A stretch of DNA of 63,663 bases, counting the filler, from Octopus bimaculoides (lineage: Eukaryota): assembly GCF_001194135.2 (NCBI RefSeq). It is 4 parts of 4 records of this genome, joined end to end, with 100 filler letters (N's around TTAATTAATTAA, not from the genome) between each part and the next. Parts side by side here need not be neighbours in the genome. Positions count along the whole stretch, not along the records: positions 49,237 to 55,607 come from NC_068984.1; positions 55,708 to 63,663 come from NC_068983.1; 2 more parts are not named here. One strand, written 5' to 3'. A program made the position numbers and the translations under genes. Position 1 is the first letter of the stretch. Every line of letters begins with the position of its first letter. This document shows, piece by piece, positions 49,500-61,176 of this stretch. The notes beneath the pieces are model-generated. The model was given only the letters and a program-made list of their open reading frames with translations, was not told the DNA's origin and did not search any database.

Positions 49500-49820
49500 A
49501 TCATCAACGTCATCAACATTTAACATCTGTTTTCCATGCTGGCATGGGTTGGATGATTTGGCCAAGGTTGGCAAGTTGAGGGGCTGCACCAGACTCCAGT
49601 CTGATTTGTCATGGTTTCTACAATTGGATACTCTTTTTAATGCCAACCACTCTGAGAGTGTAATGGGTGCTTTTATGTGTTACTGGCATGAGTGCTAGTT
49701 GCTTGACACCAGTATCTGCCACAATTACAATTTCACTTGGCTTGATGGGTCTTCTACTCAAGCATGGCATGTTGCTGAAGGTCTTGGTCATTTGTCATTG
49801 CCGTCATGAGGCCCATGTTT
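49500..49820 (-). mobile_element. RTE LINE 3' UTR fragment, CpG-decayed
   Basis: Homologous to 53949-54130 and 54420-54620. Confidence 0.8.
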
Positions 49821-50390
49821 TGGGGCACCACCTTGAAGGTTTTTAGCTTAACAAATCAATACCAGTATTTATTTTTAAGTCTAGTACTTATTCAATCAGC
49901 CCCTATTGCCATACTTCTAAGTTAAAGAAGCATAAACAAACCAACACCAGTTGTTAAGTAGGGTGACAAACACAAGGACACACGCACACACAAGCAGTTA
50001 CAAAGAATATGGAGACTTGTACATCTTCATATTATTTCTCTTAATTTATAGTTTTACTGTTGTCTATACAGAATTATTGGTTTATACAACAGACACATGT
50101 TTCTGTTGCATAGAAAATATGTAGCTGTATTTGCAACCAATTATTTTTAGCAATGCACCTTCATTCACACACACACACATACACATGTGTGTGCATGTGC
50201 GTGCGCACACACTCACGCGTGCGCGCACACACACACGCGTGCGCGCACACACACACACATTCAAAAGATAACTGACAAACAGTCTTGTTTTCAGCTTGAT
50301 AAATGTCAGAATAAACTATTATTTCGATCAGGAAACCTTGGGAAGCTGTATTTACAAGATTTGTGTTTTTTATTACAAGATCATATGTTT

Positions 50391-50675
50391 GCAGGAGTGG
50401 CTGTATGGTAAGAAGCTTGCTCCCCAGCCATATGGTTTCAGGTTCAGTCTCACTGCATGGCACCTTGGGCAAGTGTCTTCTACTATAGCCTCAGGCCAAC
50501 CAAACCACGTGAGTGGATTTGGTAGATGGAAGGTGTAAGAGGCCCATCATATATATATATATANNNNNNNNNNNNNNNNNNNNNNNNNNNNNNNNNNNNN
50601 NNNNNNNNNNNNNNNNNNNNNNNNNNNNNNNNNNNNNNNNNNNNNNNNNNNNNNNNNNNNNNNNNNNNNNNNNNG

Positions 50676-50714
<39 letters not shown>

Positions 50715-50928
50715 GCATGTATCTGTATGTCTGTGTTTATCACCCCACCATCGCTTGACAACTGATGTTGATGTGTTTACATCCCTGTAACTTAGCGATT
50801 CGGCAAAAGAGAACAATAGAATAAGTACTAGGCTTACAAAGAATAAGTCCTGGGGCTGATTTGTTTGACCAAAGTTGGTGCTCCAGCATGGCCATAGTCA
50901 AATGACTGAAATAATTAAATGAATAAAA

Positions 50929-50930
<2 letters not shown>
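50391..50930 (+). mobile_element. SINE family C, full length, with internal (TA)n microsatellite and gap
   Basis: A box tggctgtatgg, B box ggttcagtctc, CORE-like ccttgggcaagtgtcttctactatagcc, internal (TA)n, 3' part ending ggtgctccagcatggccatagtcaaatgactgaaa...gaataaaaga. Confidence 0.9.
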
Positions 50931-50967
<37 letters not shown>

Positions 50968-51082
50968 CAAAAACATTCAAGTGTTTACAGACGAAATAAG
51001 ATGTCACTGCTGTTAATATCATCTACGGTGAATATTTTTAAATGATAATATTAACAATAGTAACAGGCAAGCATTATATAGC

Positions 51083-51327
51083 TATAAAATCTAAAGTTAG
51101 CACAAAGCATGAGGATGTGAAAATATCATCGAACTGTTTAGAAATAGGAGCTTAATTCTTAATTCAACCACCAAAAAAAAAAACAAACAAACAACAGAAT
51201 AAACGATTATATATGTATATATTATTTGGTGCTTTCTGGCAGTTGAATTAGGAATTTAGCTCCTATTTCTAAACAGGTCATTACTGTTTCCACATCCTCA
51301 TGCTTTGTGCTAACTTTAAATTTTATA
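51083..51327. mobile_element. MITE/foldback of about 245 bp with roughly 87-bp arms, TA-flanked
   Basis: tataaaatctaaagttagcacaaagcatgaggatgtg...ctgtttagaaataggagc..aattc.taattcaac pairs with the right arm. Confidence 0.88.
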
Positions 51328-51545
51328 TATATATATATATATGTGCTGGGATGGAAAGCAAACATTAAATGATGATGACGATGATGATATATGATGAACT
51401 CTCACACAGTATCTGTCAACCAAATTCACTCACAAAGCTTTGGGTGACCCAGGGCTTTAGTTAAAAACACTTGACCAATGTGTCATACACTGGAATAAAC
51501 CTAAAACCATGTAGCTGCGAAGCAAACTTGTTAACCACACAGGTA

Positions 51546-53570
51546 TGCCTTTTCCTACTTAAAATATGCATGTATCATCAGTATAGGTGACCAAAATAAG
51601 TCATTAGCACCTTGTGAATTTTCCACAGTATGTTTTTTATTTCTTTACTGCCCACAAGGGGCTACACACAGAGGGGACAAACAAGGACAGACAAATGGAT
51701 TAAATCGATTATATCGACCCCAGTGCGTAACTGGTACTTATTTAATTGACCCCGAAAGGATGAAAGGCAAAGTTGACTTCGGTGGAATTTCAACTCAGAA
51801 CATAGTAGCAGATGAAATACCGTTAAGCATTTCGCCCGGCATGCTAATGTTTCTGCCAGCTCGCCGCCTTTCCACAGTATGTTTTACAGCTTTCCATCGT
51901 ATGTTTTTATATGATTGGTTGAAGAGAAAGATGCCCTCAGTGGTTTTTGCTGTGCAAATGATTTGGAAGGAGCAGAAAGATCATCTTACAGATTCCTATT
52001 TTTCTAATGTCTTAATTGATTTTCTTCGAAGATAGACACAAAATTGTTTTCCTCCAACTTATTGTTTGCTCATATATCTATATCACATAATGAAACACTG
52101 TCTATTCCTGTTCCTTCCCATGACAGGTATCCATAGAAAAAGAACTACATATTAATGATGGTGTAAATATTGATCATGCTTTTTTGACTTTTGTCAGGAT
52201 CTATGCAGGAGAGCATTGATTAAAATTTTTCCGTAAAAGAAAGTTTGAGCAATCTTATGAGGGATTCAGAACTGTCAAAAGTTAAAGTAAAACTTTATGC
52301 ATCTCATTTGACAGGATGTCATGTGCTTGAACAAAATGTAACAATAGGTTACTATAGAAAGTGAAATTTCGATTTGGAGTTTATTTATTTTTAAAAGAAT
52401 GATCCTCTCTGTTATTGTTATGACATTAATGGACATTTCGAAAATTTATCTAAAAGGCATGTTGTAAGTGAATGACTTTTTATAGATTCATTTCTATGAA
52501 ACTTAAAAGCTCATGCATTGCATAATGGAGATTTAAAACTATCTATCCCCATTGCTCATTCAGTGCATTTCAAATAATCTGATGTTAACATGAAGATCCT
52601 TTTTAATGCAGTTCAATACAATGATTGCCAATGGAATCTTTGTGGAAATCTTAAAGTAATTGCTATGTTAATGGGTACACAAGAGGGAATCATCAAATGC
52701 TACTGCTTTTACTATTTTCTATGCCTGCGGGACAGTCACACTCTTACAAAGTATTATAACAGAAGAGAATATCTAACCAGATAATTATATATTCCAACAC
52801 GAAGTAACATTCTGTCAGTTGTTTTAGTTGAACTGAACCAATATTTCTATCATCTGTTCATATTAAACTTGGTTTTTAAGAAGATACTTTTAAGGTCATG
52901 CATAAAATAATTCTAGAGAATTTCAAATTCACTCAAAAATACTTCTAAAATAATATACTACAAACATTAATGAGGACTTCAAATTTGAGAAGTATTAAAA
53001 CATTTACTGAACTAAAAACTTGACATACTTTCAAATGGGTCTTTCTTAACTTCTTAGGAAATTACATTTATCCATTTTTTATTTCTAATCTTTTTATTTT
53101 ATAGATGAAGTCAAGATTGAGCCTGAAAATCTTGGTGATGAGCAAAGAGAGAAATATTTCACCTGGATATTAAATCTATTGAAAGTCATTATCAAGGATT
53201 CTAGGAAGAAAACATGATGACATACAACTCCTGGACATGAGAGTATAATGATGGATGTCACATTTACAAGAAAAGGTCGAGAACGGTACCAGATGGTTGT
53301 GGTATGTGCTAAAAATACCAGCTATATCACCCTTAAATCATACATCTTTTCATCTGAAAATTATTTGCAATTATAAACAGAGGCAGCTGGCAGATTTGGA
53401 CTGTCCATATTTTGAAACAATGATTGGAAAGAAGAATTTTGAGAAAGAGTGGACATTGAAGGTGAGGGAAGGAAATTTTAAAAATTAAAAACATTTTTTT
53501 TTTTGCATGATTGTATGTATTCCTGTGTCTAGAAAATAAATTCTCCAAACTTTTCTGAAACTTCCCAAAA
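51546..53570 (+). mobile_element. Decayed Chapaev3 (CMC)-like DNA transposon transposase
   Basis: Ordered motifs: GDQNKSLAP; WL..K....FAVQMIWKEQKDHLTDSYF; RDSELSK; FIDS...LKA..LHNG....IPIAHSVH; YNDCQWNLCGNLKVIAMLMG...FLCLRDSH; HIKLG; ENLG.DEQ.E.FH.DIK..E..YQG. The family label comes from recalled motif similarity. Confidence 0.8.
51637..51868 (-). mobile_element. Young SINE B inserted in the Chapaev ORF, 17-bp TSD tttccacagtatgtttt
   Basis: TSD at 51620-51636 and 51869-51885; removing the insert restores frame GDQNKSLAPCEFSTVCFTAFHRM. Confidence 0.95.
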
Positions 53571-53756
53571 ATCAAAAAGTTATGAGAGGTTACAGGGTTT
53601 ACTTAAACCAGAATTCCTGAGCAATATATTCATCAAATTAAAGGATGTCAATATGTTATTGCAAGGAAAGTAAAAACACTTGTTGACTGCAAATCGTCCA
53701 TCACTGCTCTCATTTCTAAATTAATGCTGATATAAGATGATGATGATGTAGGTACT

Positions 53757-53897
53757 TGGTGTTAGAAAGGGAATCCAATCATAAAAACCCTGCCAAAACA
53801 GAGAGTGAAGCCTGGTGCATTTCTGTTTAACCAACCCCTGTCAAACCATCCAACCCATGCCAGCATGGAAAATGGATGTTAAATGATGATGATGATG
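53757..53897 (+). mobile_element. RTE-type 3' tail fragment (SINE or truncated LINE)
   Basis: ...gtcaaaccatccaacccatgccagcatggaaaatggatgttaaa(tga)n is the reverse complement of the RTE end at 53949. Confidence 0.8.
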
Positions 53898-53948
53898 AGA
53901 ACACATATATACTAAACATTATTATTACTCAAGATGCATACATAGATA

Positions 53949-55099
53949 CATCATCATCGTCGTTTAACGGCAACTTTCCATGCTGGCATGGGTTGGACGG
54001 TTTGACCGATGACTGGTGAGCCACAAGGATGCACCAGGCTCAATCTGATCTGGCAAAGTTTCTACAGCTGGATACCCTTCCTAACACCAACGACTCCGAG
54101 AGTGTAGTGGGTGCTTGTTTGTGCCACTGGCATGAGGGCCAGTCAGGTGGTTCTGGCAATGACCATGCTCAAAAGGTGTTTTTGACATGCTACTTGAATG
54201 GGAATCAGTACAGCAGCACTGGCAACAACCACGCTTGAATGTTGTTTTACATGTGCCGGTAAGGCGATGCTGACCACAATCACGCTTGAATGGTGCTTTT
54301 TACATACCGCTGACATGGGAGCCAATTCGTGGCCCTGGCAACGATCATGCTCAGATGTGCTTTTAACATTCCACTGGCACAAGTGCCAATCAGGCGGTAC
54401 TGTCATTGGCCACATCAGCGATTTTGATTTGATGTCACTTGTCTCCATAGGTCTTCGCAAGCAAAGCTTATTGTCTAATGAATAAGGGGTACTCATAAGT
54501 GGGCTGGTGACACCCACTGGCGTAGGCCACAGGCTATTGTCTTACTTGGCCTGTAAGGTCTTCTCCAGCACAGCATATCTCCAAAGGTCTTGGTCACTAG
54601 TCATTTCCTTGGTAAGGGCCAATGTTTGAAGGTCGTGTTTCACCACTTCAACCCAGTCTTCCTGGGTCTACCTCTTCCTCAGGTTCCCTCAACTATTAGG
54701 GTGTGACGCTTTTTCACACAGTTGTCCTCATTCATTCGCAACACATGACCATACCAGTGCAGTCGTCTCCCTTGCTCATCACATCTGATGCTTCTTAAAT
54801 CCAACTTTTCTGTCAGGGTGCTTACACTCTTGTCATCTATGCACACTGACATTACACATCCAGCGGAGCATACTAGCTTCATTCCTTGCAAGCTTACGCA
54901 TGTCCTCGGCAGTCACAGCCCATGTTTCACTGCCATGTAGCATGGCTGTTGTACACGTGTCATACAGTCTACCTTTTACTCTGAGCGAGAGGCCCTTTGT
55001 CACTAGCAGATGTAGGAGCTCTCTGAACTTTGCCCAGGCTATTCTTATTCTAGCAGTTACACTTTCAGAGCATCCAGCCCTGCTACTGACTTGGTCCCC
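53949..55099 (-). mobile_element. RTE-clade LINE 3' end (RT C-terminus plus 3' UTR)
   Basis: GDQVSS.AGCSESVTARIRIAWAKFRELL.LL..KGLSLRVKGRLY...MLHGSETWAVT...RRLHWYGHVLRM...GRGRPRKTW; (GAT)n tail. Confidence 0.92.
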
Positions 55100-55335
55100 T
55101 ACGTAACGGAAGTACTTATTCTATCAGTGTCTTTTGCTGAACTGCTAGTTTATGGGAACATAAACACAGCAATATTGTTTGTCGAGCAAATGGTGGGGGA
55201 ACAAACAGACACACACACAGACATACACACACGCACAGACAGACAGACACACACACACACATTTATACGACAGTCTTCTTTCAGATGCCATGTACGAAAT
55301 CCACTCACAAGGCTTTGGTCGGCTTGAGGCTATAA
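55100..55335 (-). mobile_element. SINE family C fragment with internal (CA)n/(CAGA)n
   Basis: Matches 41870-42060. Confidence 0.8.
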
Positions 55336-55607
55336 TATATACATATATATATATTACTAGCAAAAATACCCGGCGTTGCCCGGGTTAAAGAGAATAATGA
55401 AATCTAACAACGCCGTCTAGGCTATGCAACCCTCAACTGTTAGTAGCTATGATACCATATTTCTACATTAATAACTCTCCAATCCATGCCAGCATGGAAC
55501 ATAGACATTAAGTGTAATGCTAGAAGAAAGTTTTCAACTCATATAAAGTAAATACACGTAATTCAGAAACACGTTTTGTGTATTTTATTTCGTAACCAAA
55601 CAAACAG

Positions 55608-55707
55608 NNNNNNNNNNNNNNNNNNNNNNNNNNNNNNNNNNNNNNNNNNNNTTAATTAATTAANNNNNNNNNNNNNNNNNNNNNNNNNNNNNNNNNNNNN
55701 NNNNNNN
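55608..55707. other. Artificial scaffold spacer N44-TTAATTAATTAA-N44
   Basis: As at 19356. Confidence 0.95.
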
Positions 55708-55739
55708 GAAGAGGTGAAAAAAGAAAAAAAAAACAAAAA

Positions 55740-55930
55740 AAGGACGGGGGCATTAAAAGGCATCAGTTCGCAAGAGTTCCAGCACTGCTTCAAATAGTGG
55801 AAAACGCTCCAAGACCGATGCATTGCTTCAAACGGGGAATACTTTGAAGGCGATAAAAGTGTAAACATATAAAATTAAGTGAATAAAATAGTATTGCAAA
55901 ATTCTAGTTTCTTTCGGGTATCTCCTCGTA
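55740..55930 (+). mobile_element. 3' end of a second mariner family
   Basis: ALKGISSQEFQHCFK*WKTLQDRCIASNGEYFEGD followed by a TIR-like end ...tttcgggtatctcctcgta|ta. Confidence 0.82.
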
Positions 55931-55936
55931 TATATG

Positions 55937-55970
<34 letters not shown>

Positions 55971-56094
55971 TGTCGGTGAGCAGGAAAAATCGTTAGTAAT
56001 TCGGACAAAAATGCTTCGCGTCAATTCTTCCGTCTCTTTGCGTTCTGAGTTCAAATCTCTCCCAAGGTCAACTTTGTTTGACTTTCAACCCTCC

Positions 56095-56440
56095 AATGGA
56101 GTGCTTGAATGATAGAGGTACGAAATCAGCTAAATCTGAGGAACAAGGCAAAGAGAGTAGACAGTATGTTCATGAGCCAGAGGCTGGAATATGTATGTTA
56201 GTGACTGAATTCCAGTTTGTCAACAGGTTCCTTCGCTACATGTAATCTTAGATATTGTGTCTGAAGCAGCAATGCTGGTTCAGATATGGAAGTAATACTC
56301 TATTATTGGATTCAATGAGCCTTGTAGAGTGTCAGTAACTTTTGGGGGCAGAAAAATTTCTGGGCCTGAAGAGAAGGTCCAGTCTTTGAGATGCGGTCCT
56401 TGCTATGCTAAGAATGTGCTTTCGCTTTGTGCCTTTCAGG
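56095..56440 (-). mobile_element. LINE (CR1/L2/Jockey-group) RT C-terminal relic
   Basis: KHILSIARTASQRLDLLFR.R resembles the W..HI..IA..AS..LG.L.R post-RT motif; multiple stops and frameshifts. Confidence 0.65.
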
Positions 56441-56514
56441 AATAAACTGTTATACTGTTTTATGTTTGAAATTCATAAGCCCCATTTGAAATAGGTTTTA
56501 AACAATATTTATCG

Positions 56515-57134
56515 AGGATCTTTTTTAAAACGGAGGCCACATTTTTCATTAATGTTTTACGTAGTGTTTTTGGTACCGAAAGACTTTCAAACTTCGTATA
56601 CTTATCTATTTTGTGTTATAGAACAGAAAAATATTTTTGTATTCGAATTTATTTCATGTAAAAAATTGTCTTATTTCGATAATTTCAACCAATCACTGAC
56701 AAGTATTCAGTTGTTTATATTTACTCCTTTGGCTGATTAAGCCATAGCTTCGTTTATTTGCTTTTTTCATTTTAAATTTGCTTTTTTCATCTTAAATTTG
56801 CTTTTTTCATTTTCTTTTTTTTTCCTTCGTTTTATTTGCTTTTTTCTTTTTAAATTTGCTGTTTTTACCCTAACCTTAACCCTATCACCGATAGAATTGT
56901 TTCAGAATCGTTTGTTTATGTAGTCGGCACTTAATGTATATCGGCTGAATGGACGTCAGTGATTGGTTGAAATTACAGAAATACGACAACTTTAACATGG
57001 AATAACTTAGGGATTTCTTTTTTTTTAAGAAGACTAAGAGAAAAAGATGTTTTATATGACACATTCTACCAGTGTTCCAAGTTTCAAAGTGTTTCGTTAA
57101 TGAAAAATGTGGCCCCCGTTTTAAAAAAGATCCT
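56515..57134. mobile_element. Non-autonomous TIR element (620 bp), AGG...CCT termini, 6-bp TSD TTATCG
   Basis: TIR aggatcttttttaaaacggaggccacatttttcattaa versus its complement at 57097-57134; TSD at 56509-56514 and 57135-57140; inner IR ttcaaccaatcactgac/gtcagtgattggttgaa. Confidence 0.9.
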
Positions 57135-58269
57135 TTATCGATGATTTAATCAATAATTACTAGTAGTGTTCAACTAAAAAATCAATATTTCTGATCGTCA
57201 TAAAAAAGATAGTTGGTTTCTTTAAGCCCCACATTCAGCGATTTGATGACAAAATATGGCTGTTGCTCGATAAACACACATATATGTTGTACTTTCATTG
57301 TTAGTGAGTTGATTGAGCTTATTTCCTGGTTCCTATAATTAGAAAGGTAAATTATGGGAAAAAAGGTTTTGCTAATTTATTTCGTAAGGTATCTAATTTA
57401 GAACTAAATAATTGTGCATTAAGAAAATTTAGCACACCGCTTCAGGTCATGCTTGCTACAAGCTGTCTACAGGGCTTGTTTATATTCCAGCTACCTGTAC
57501 GGTCGTATGAGAGTTATTGTCAAGTGGCTGCTCCCAGTGCACTTCACTCGTCTCTGTGAAGATCAGCGGTGCACTCACGAGGAAAGTTGTATATGTGAAA
57601 AAAGAGTCAATATAAACGGGAGTTTCCTCACTACATGACTTTAACATTCAGCAACTGTTAATATTGCTAAGTTGTTCTTGGTAACAAAATTTCTTTTAAT
57701 AAGATTGTCTTGATTGTATTGTTTCCCAAATATTTTTTCTTTTTCTTTTTCAGAAATTTAAAATGTTGTCAGTTTATGTCTGACGTCTATCTTTAAAAAT
57801 TCTTTTGTTTTTTTTACCTTCGTCGTAACCATATTTTAAAAATCCTATACCTTTGATTGTAAGGAGAACGACAGAGGTTAAAGAAACTCTTCAAAAAAGA
57901 AGAGTGAACTCGAAACAAAGAGCAACAAAAACATGCGAGGAAGATCTACTTCTACGAGAAAATGTTGTGGGGTTCAGTTGTGTAATAGGGAAACAAAGAC
58001 GTTAGACGTGTATAACAGAGCATCTTGAGAATTTCTATGCGAAATATTTTCAGGATACTCCTTTAGACATATGAGCTACAGTGTATATATACAGAGGTAC
58101 ATTCTAGTAGTTTTGAGGGGGTTTGTAGGGGAAGCAGTTATAACTGTCCTAGATTATTTCAATTTTAATATATCATTACTAAACATATAAAATGCTGACC
58201 TGCCTACTCTTGTTATTCTAGATTGGAAGAAACGGCTGTAAAAGCACTTTGAACACACCCCGCTAAACA

Positions 58270-58835
58270 CTGCTTGTCACAGCTGACAAATTAGTTTGCA
58301 GAATGCAGTCGGGGCGTGAAGACAATTTGGAAGCACGCTATGTATCAAAGAGTTATGTTAAACTGAGCAAAAATGCTACAGAAAGTTATGAAATGCTCTA
58401 GACTGCATATGGAATAACTTGTATGAGCCGATCATTTGTTTTTCACTGGTAAAAAAGGCTAGGCGAAACAAGTCCGACAGGAAGCTCATGATAATATCGT
58501 TTTCGACAGCAAGGGCATCATTTAAATCCCATGGGTTCTCTCTGGCTAGAATGTCAACTTTGTGGAGTATTTTGTGGAGGTTTTGAGGGAGTTCAGGAAG
58601 AGATTTCATAGCAAAAGTCCTGAGCACTTGTACTAGGATAATGCATCAGCCCACAGTTTCACCCTAGTAGCCAACTACTTAACAGAGATGGACGTCAAAA
58701 TTCTTCCTCACCATCCCTACAGTCCAGACTTTGCTCCCTGAGAAATTTGGTTGTTTCGCAAGCTGATGGAGAAAATGAAGAAGGCTGTGACAAGGGTTCC
58801 GGACACCTTCACTTTGGAGGACATCCATGAGTTTT
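58270..58835 (+). mobile_element. Internally deleted mariner relic (third family)
   Basis: EARY....VKLSKNATESYEML.TAYG...MSR; KLMIISF.DSKGII; EYFVEVLREFRKRF; DNASAH; PHHPYSPDFAP. Confidence 0.85.
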
Positions 58836-59934
58836 TTAATTGAACAAAAACAATACTAACACTGATGATACAGAGACAGATACATGTAAAGACACGTTAC
58901 TGCTTTAACCTCCCCTAAAGACTTTCCTCCTCTGACGAACACATTGCCAAATATTATGATGGTAGGTGAAGGAAAGAAAGAAAATAAATGCTGGTCATGA
59001 AAAACCTTTAAGCAGGCAGATTTGATGAGGCGCCAGAATACCCACAGAACCACCACCACTACCACGACAAGGGCAACAACAAATTACTCTACAACTACCA
59101 CATCAAAAACAAAAATGAAAACAACAAGATACAACAACCCTCCAAAAATCTCAACAATGAACAAGGAGAACTTTAAACAGAAAAGATGCATAGAAGGAAC
59201 CTCGGAGTGTTTAAAAACAAGCAGCCTACCTTCGATTTAAGGCCACTCTCAGCTTATATATGTATATCTACATAGTATATTTACAGTATAAAAGTATATT
59301 TACTCCTCATTCTAGTTCTTGCTATCACTAAAATATAACATCAGTGCAGTGGTGACAAAATACCTTGTGGTAATTGGTTACGCCTCTTTATGTTTTGAGT
59401 TCAAATCTCATACAGGACGGCATTGCCTTTCCCTCTTCTGAGGTTCATCAAATAATTACCAATCAGCAAGTACTAGGTGTCGATATCAGCAAGTAAAAGT
59501 TATTGAAGGTGGTGCCCTAGTATGACCGCTATCCAATTAATGAATCTAGTGAATGTGTAAAAAAAAAAAGTAATCTATTTAAAAGTAAAGTTAGTACATA
59601 TATATATTCTAATAGTGATAATTTTCGTCAAAAGCTACTCTGTAAGACACCATCATCAACAAACAACTCTCTGGTGGCTCTAACATTCTAAATGTTACAG
59701 ATATACGGCCATGTTTATGGCAGAGCGACCTCAACGGAGTCTCTGTATGTATTCTTACGAATACACCAAACGAAAACATCCACGAACGAAAGAACAAGCC
59801 TATCCAAGGTCGAATGATTTGCTGGACAACATCTCACTGCCGTCTTGAAACAGGAAGAACTTTTGTATAATCTAGTTCTGGGAACACGATTGGTGAGAAA
59901 GGCAATCAGAGTCAGCTCAATCAGAGTAGACTTT

Positions 59935-60107
59935 TCATCAGACATGGCTGTGCAGTTAAGAAGTGCGCTTTGCAACCACGTGGTTTCGGGTTCAGTCCCA
60001 AAGTGCAGTAACTTGGGCAGGTGTCTTCTGCTATAGATCAGAGCCGACCGAACCAATGCCTTGCGTGTGAATTTGTTAGATGAAAACTTTGTGGAAGCCC
60101 GTTGTAT

Positions 60108-60140
<33 letters not shown>
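59935..60140 (+). mobile_element. SINE family C 5' half ending in (GT)n
   Basis: catggctgtgcagttaag...ggttcagtcccaaag...cttgggcaggtgtcttctgctatag...gaagcccgttgtatac(gt)n. Confidence 0.82.
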
Positions 60141-60141
<1 letters not shown>

Positions 60142-60179
60142 AATTAAGTATCAAGCTCTTCACTATTTTTCTTTCTCAG

Positions 60180-60265
60180 TGAACTAACATCATACAGACC
60201 AATCACCCCCCTATACAGAGCCTCAAAAACTCTAGAAAGGCTTATCCTTAACATGGCTAACACAA

Positions 60266-60313
<48 letters not shown>

Positions 60314-60830
60314 CACGTATTTAGACCATTGTATTCAACCATCACACTACTCAGAAGTCTGAACCAGAAAATACTTAACCACTTCAATCACAAAAAACCT
60401 ACGATGCGGCCATTCTCACTGCCATCGACATCAACAAAGTCTCGAATTTTATCTTTTCTATATGAAATACTCAATATCCATTCATTTAAGAACCTGCTCA
60501 AAATGTTGGCGAACAAACTACCAATCCAGACATCGAGCATATCTAGTGTACAAGAATAACGGGCTGTAGTTTCTTGAATAGTGTACAACAAGAATGTATC
60601 TTCTCACTGGTTCTTATTAGTCTCTACCTACAAGACTTTTCTACTCCAATACAAAACATACAGACTGCTTCACATGTAAATGGGATGACGCTGACATCCT
60701 TCCACCATTCTTCAGATACTGTGGCATATCTATAACAACCTTAGTTAGAACATCTAGCAACCTGGGTCCACAACAACAGGTTTAATGTAACATCTATGAA
60801 ATTCATTGTTTTTCATCTTGAAAAGATCAC
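60180..60830 (+). mobile_element. I/Jockey-group LINE RT relic split by a (CA)n expansion
   Basis: SYRPITPL..ASKTLERLIL; QHVFRPLYSTITLL; AILTAIDINK; VQQ.CIFS.VL.SLYLQD; HLATWVHNNRFNV. Confidence 0.75.
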
Positions 60831-61176
60831 CAGATAACATTAAGTACAACAAACTAGCATAGGGTCTTCTACTATAGCTTTGGGCCGACTAAAGTCTTGT
60901 GAATGGACTTGGTATAAAGAAACTGAAAGAAGACGGTTGTATGTATGTGTGTATGTATGTACGTATGTATGTATGTGTGTATGTATGTATGTATGTATGT
61001 ATCAAGACAAAGCAAAACAAACGACTTACTGTTTAACCAAGTTAAGCAAACAAAATTTGTTTCAACACACAAATTCACATAAAGAATCTTGTAAGCCAGA
61101 TCCAAAAACGAAGTATATCTAGACATAATAATGAAGATTGGTGAGATATGCATCTTTAACATTTATTTAAAAAAAA

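Noticed and set aside
57930-58030. RKCCGVQLCNRE, resembling a THAP-domain start
   Set aside because: A stop follows within about 12 codons and no other THAP motifs are present.
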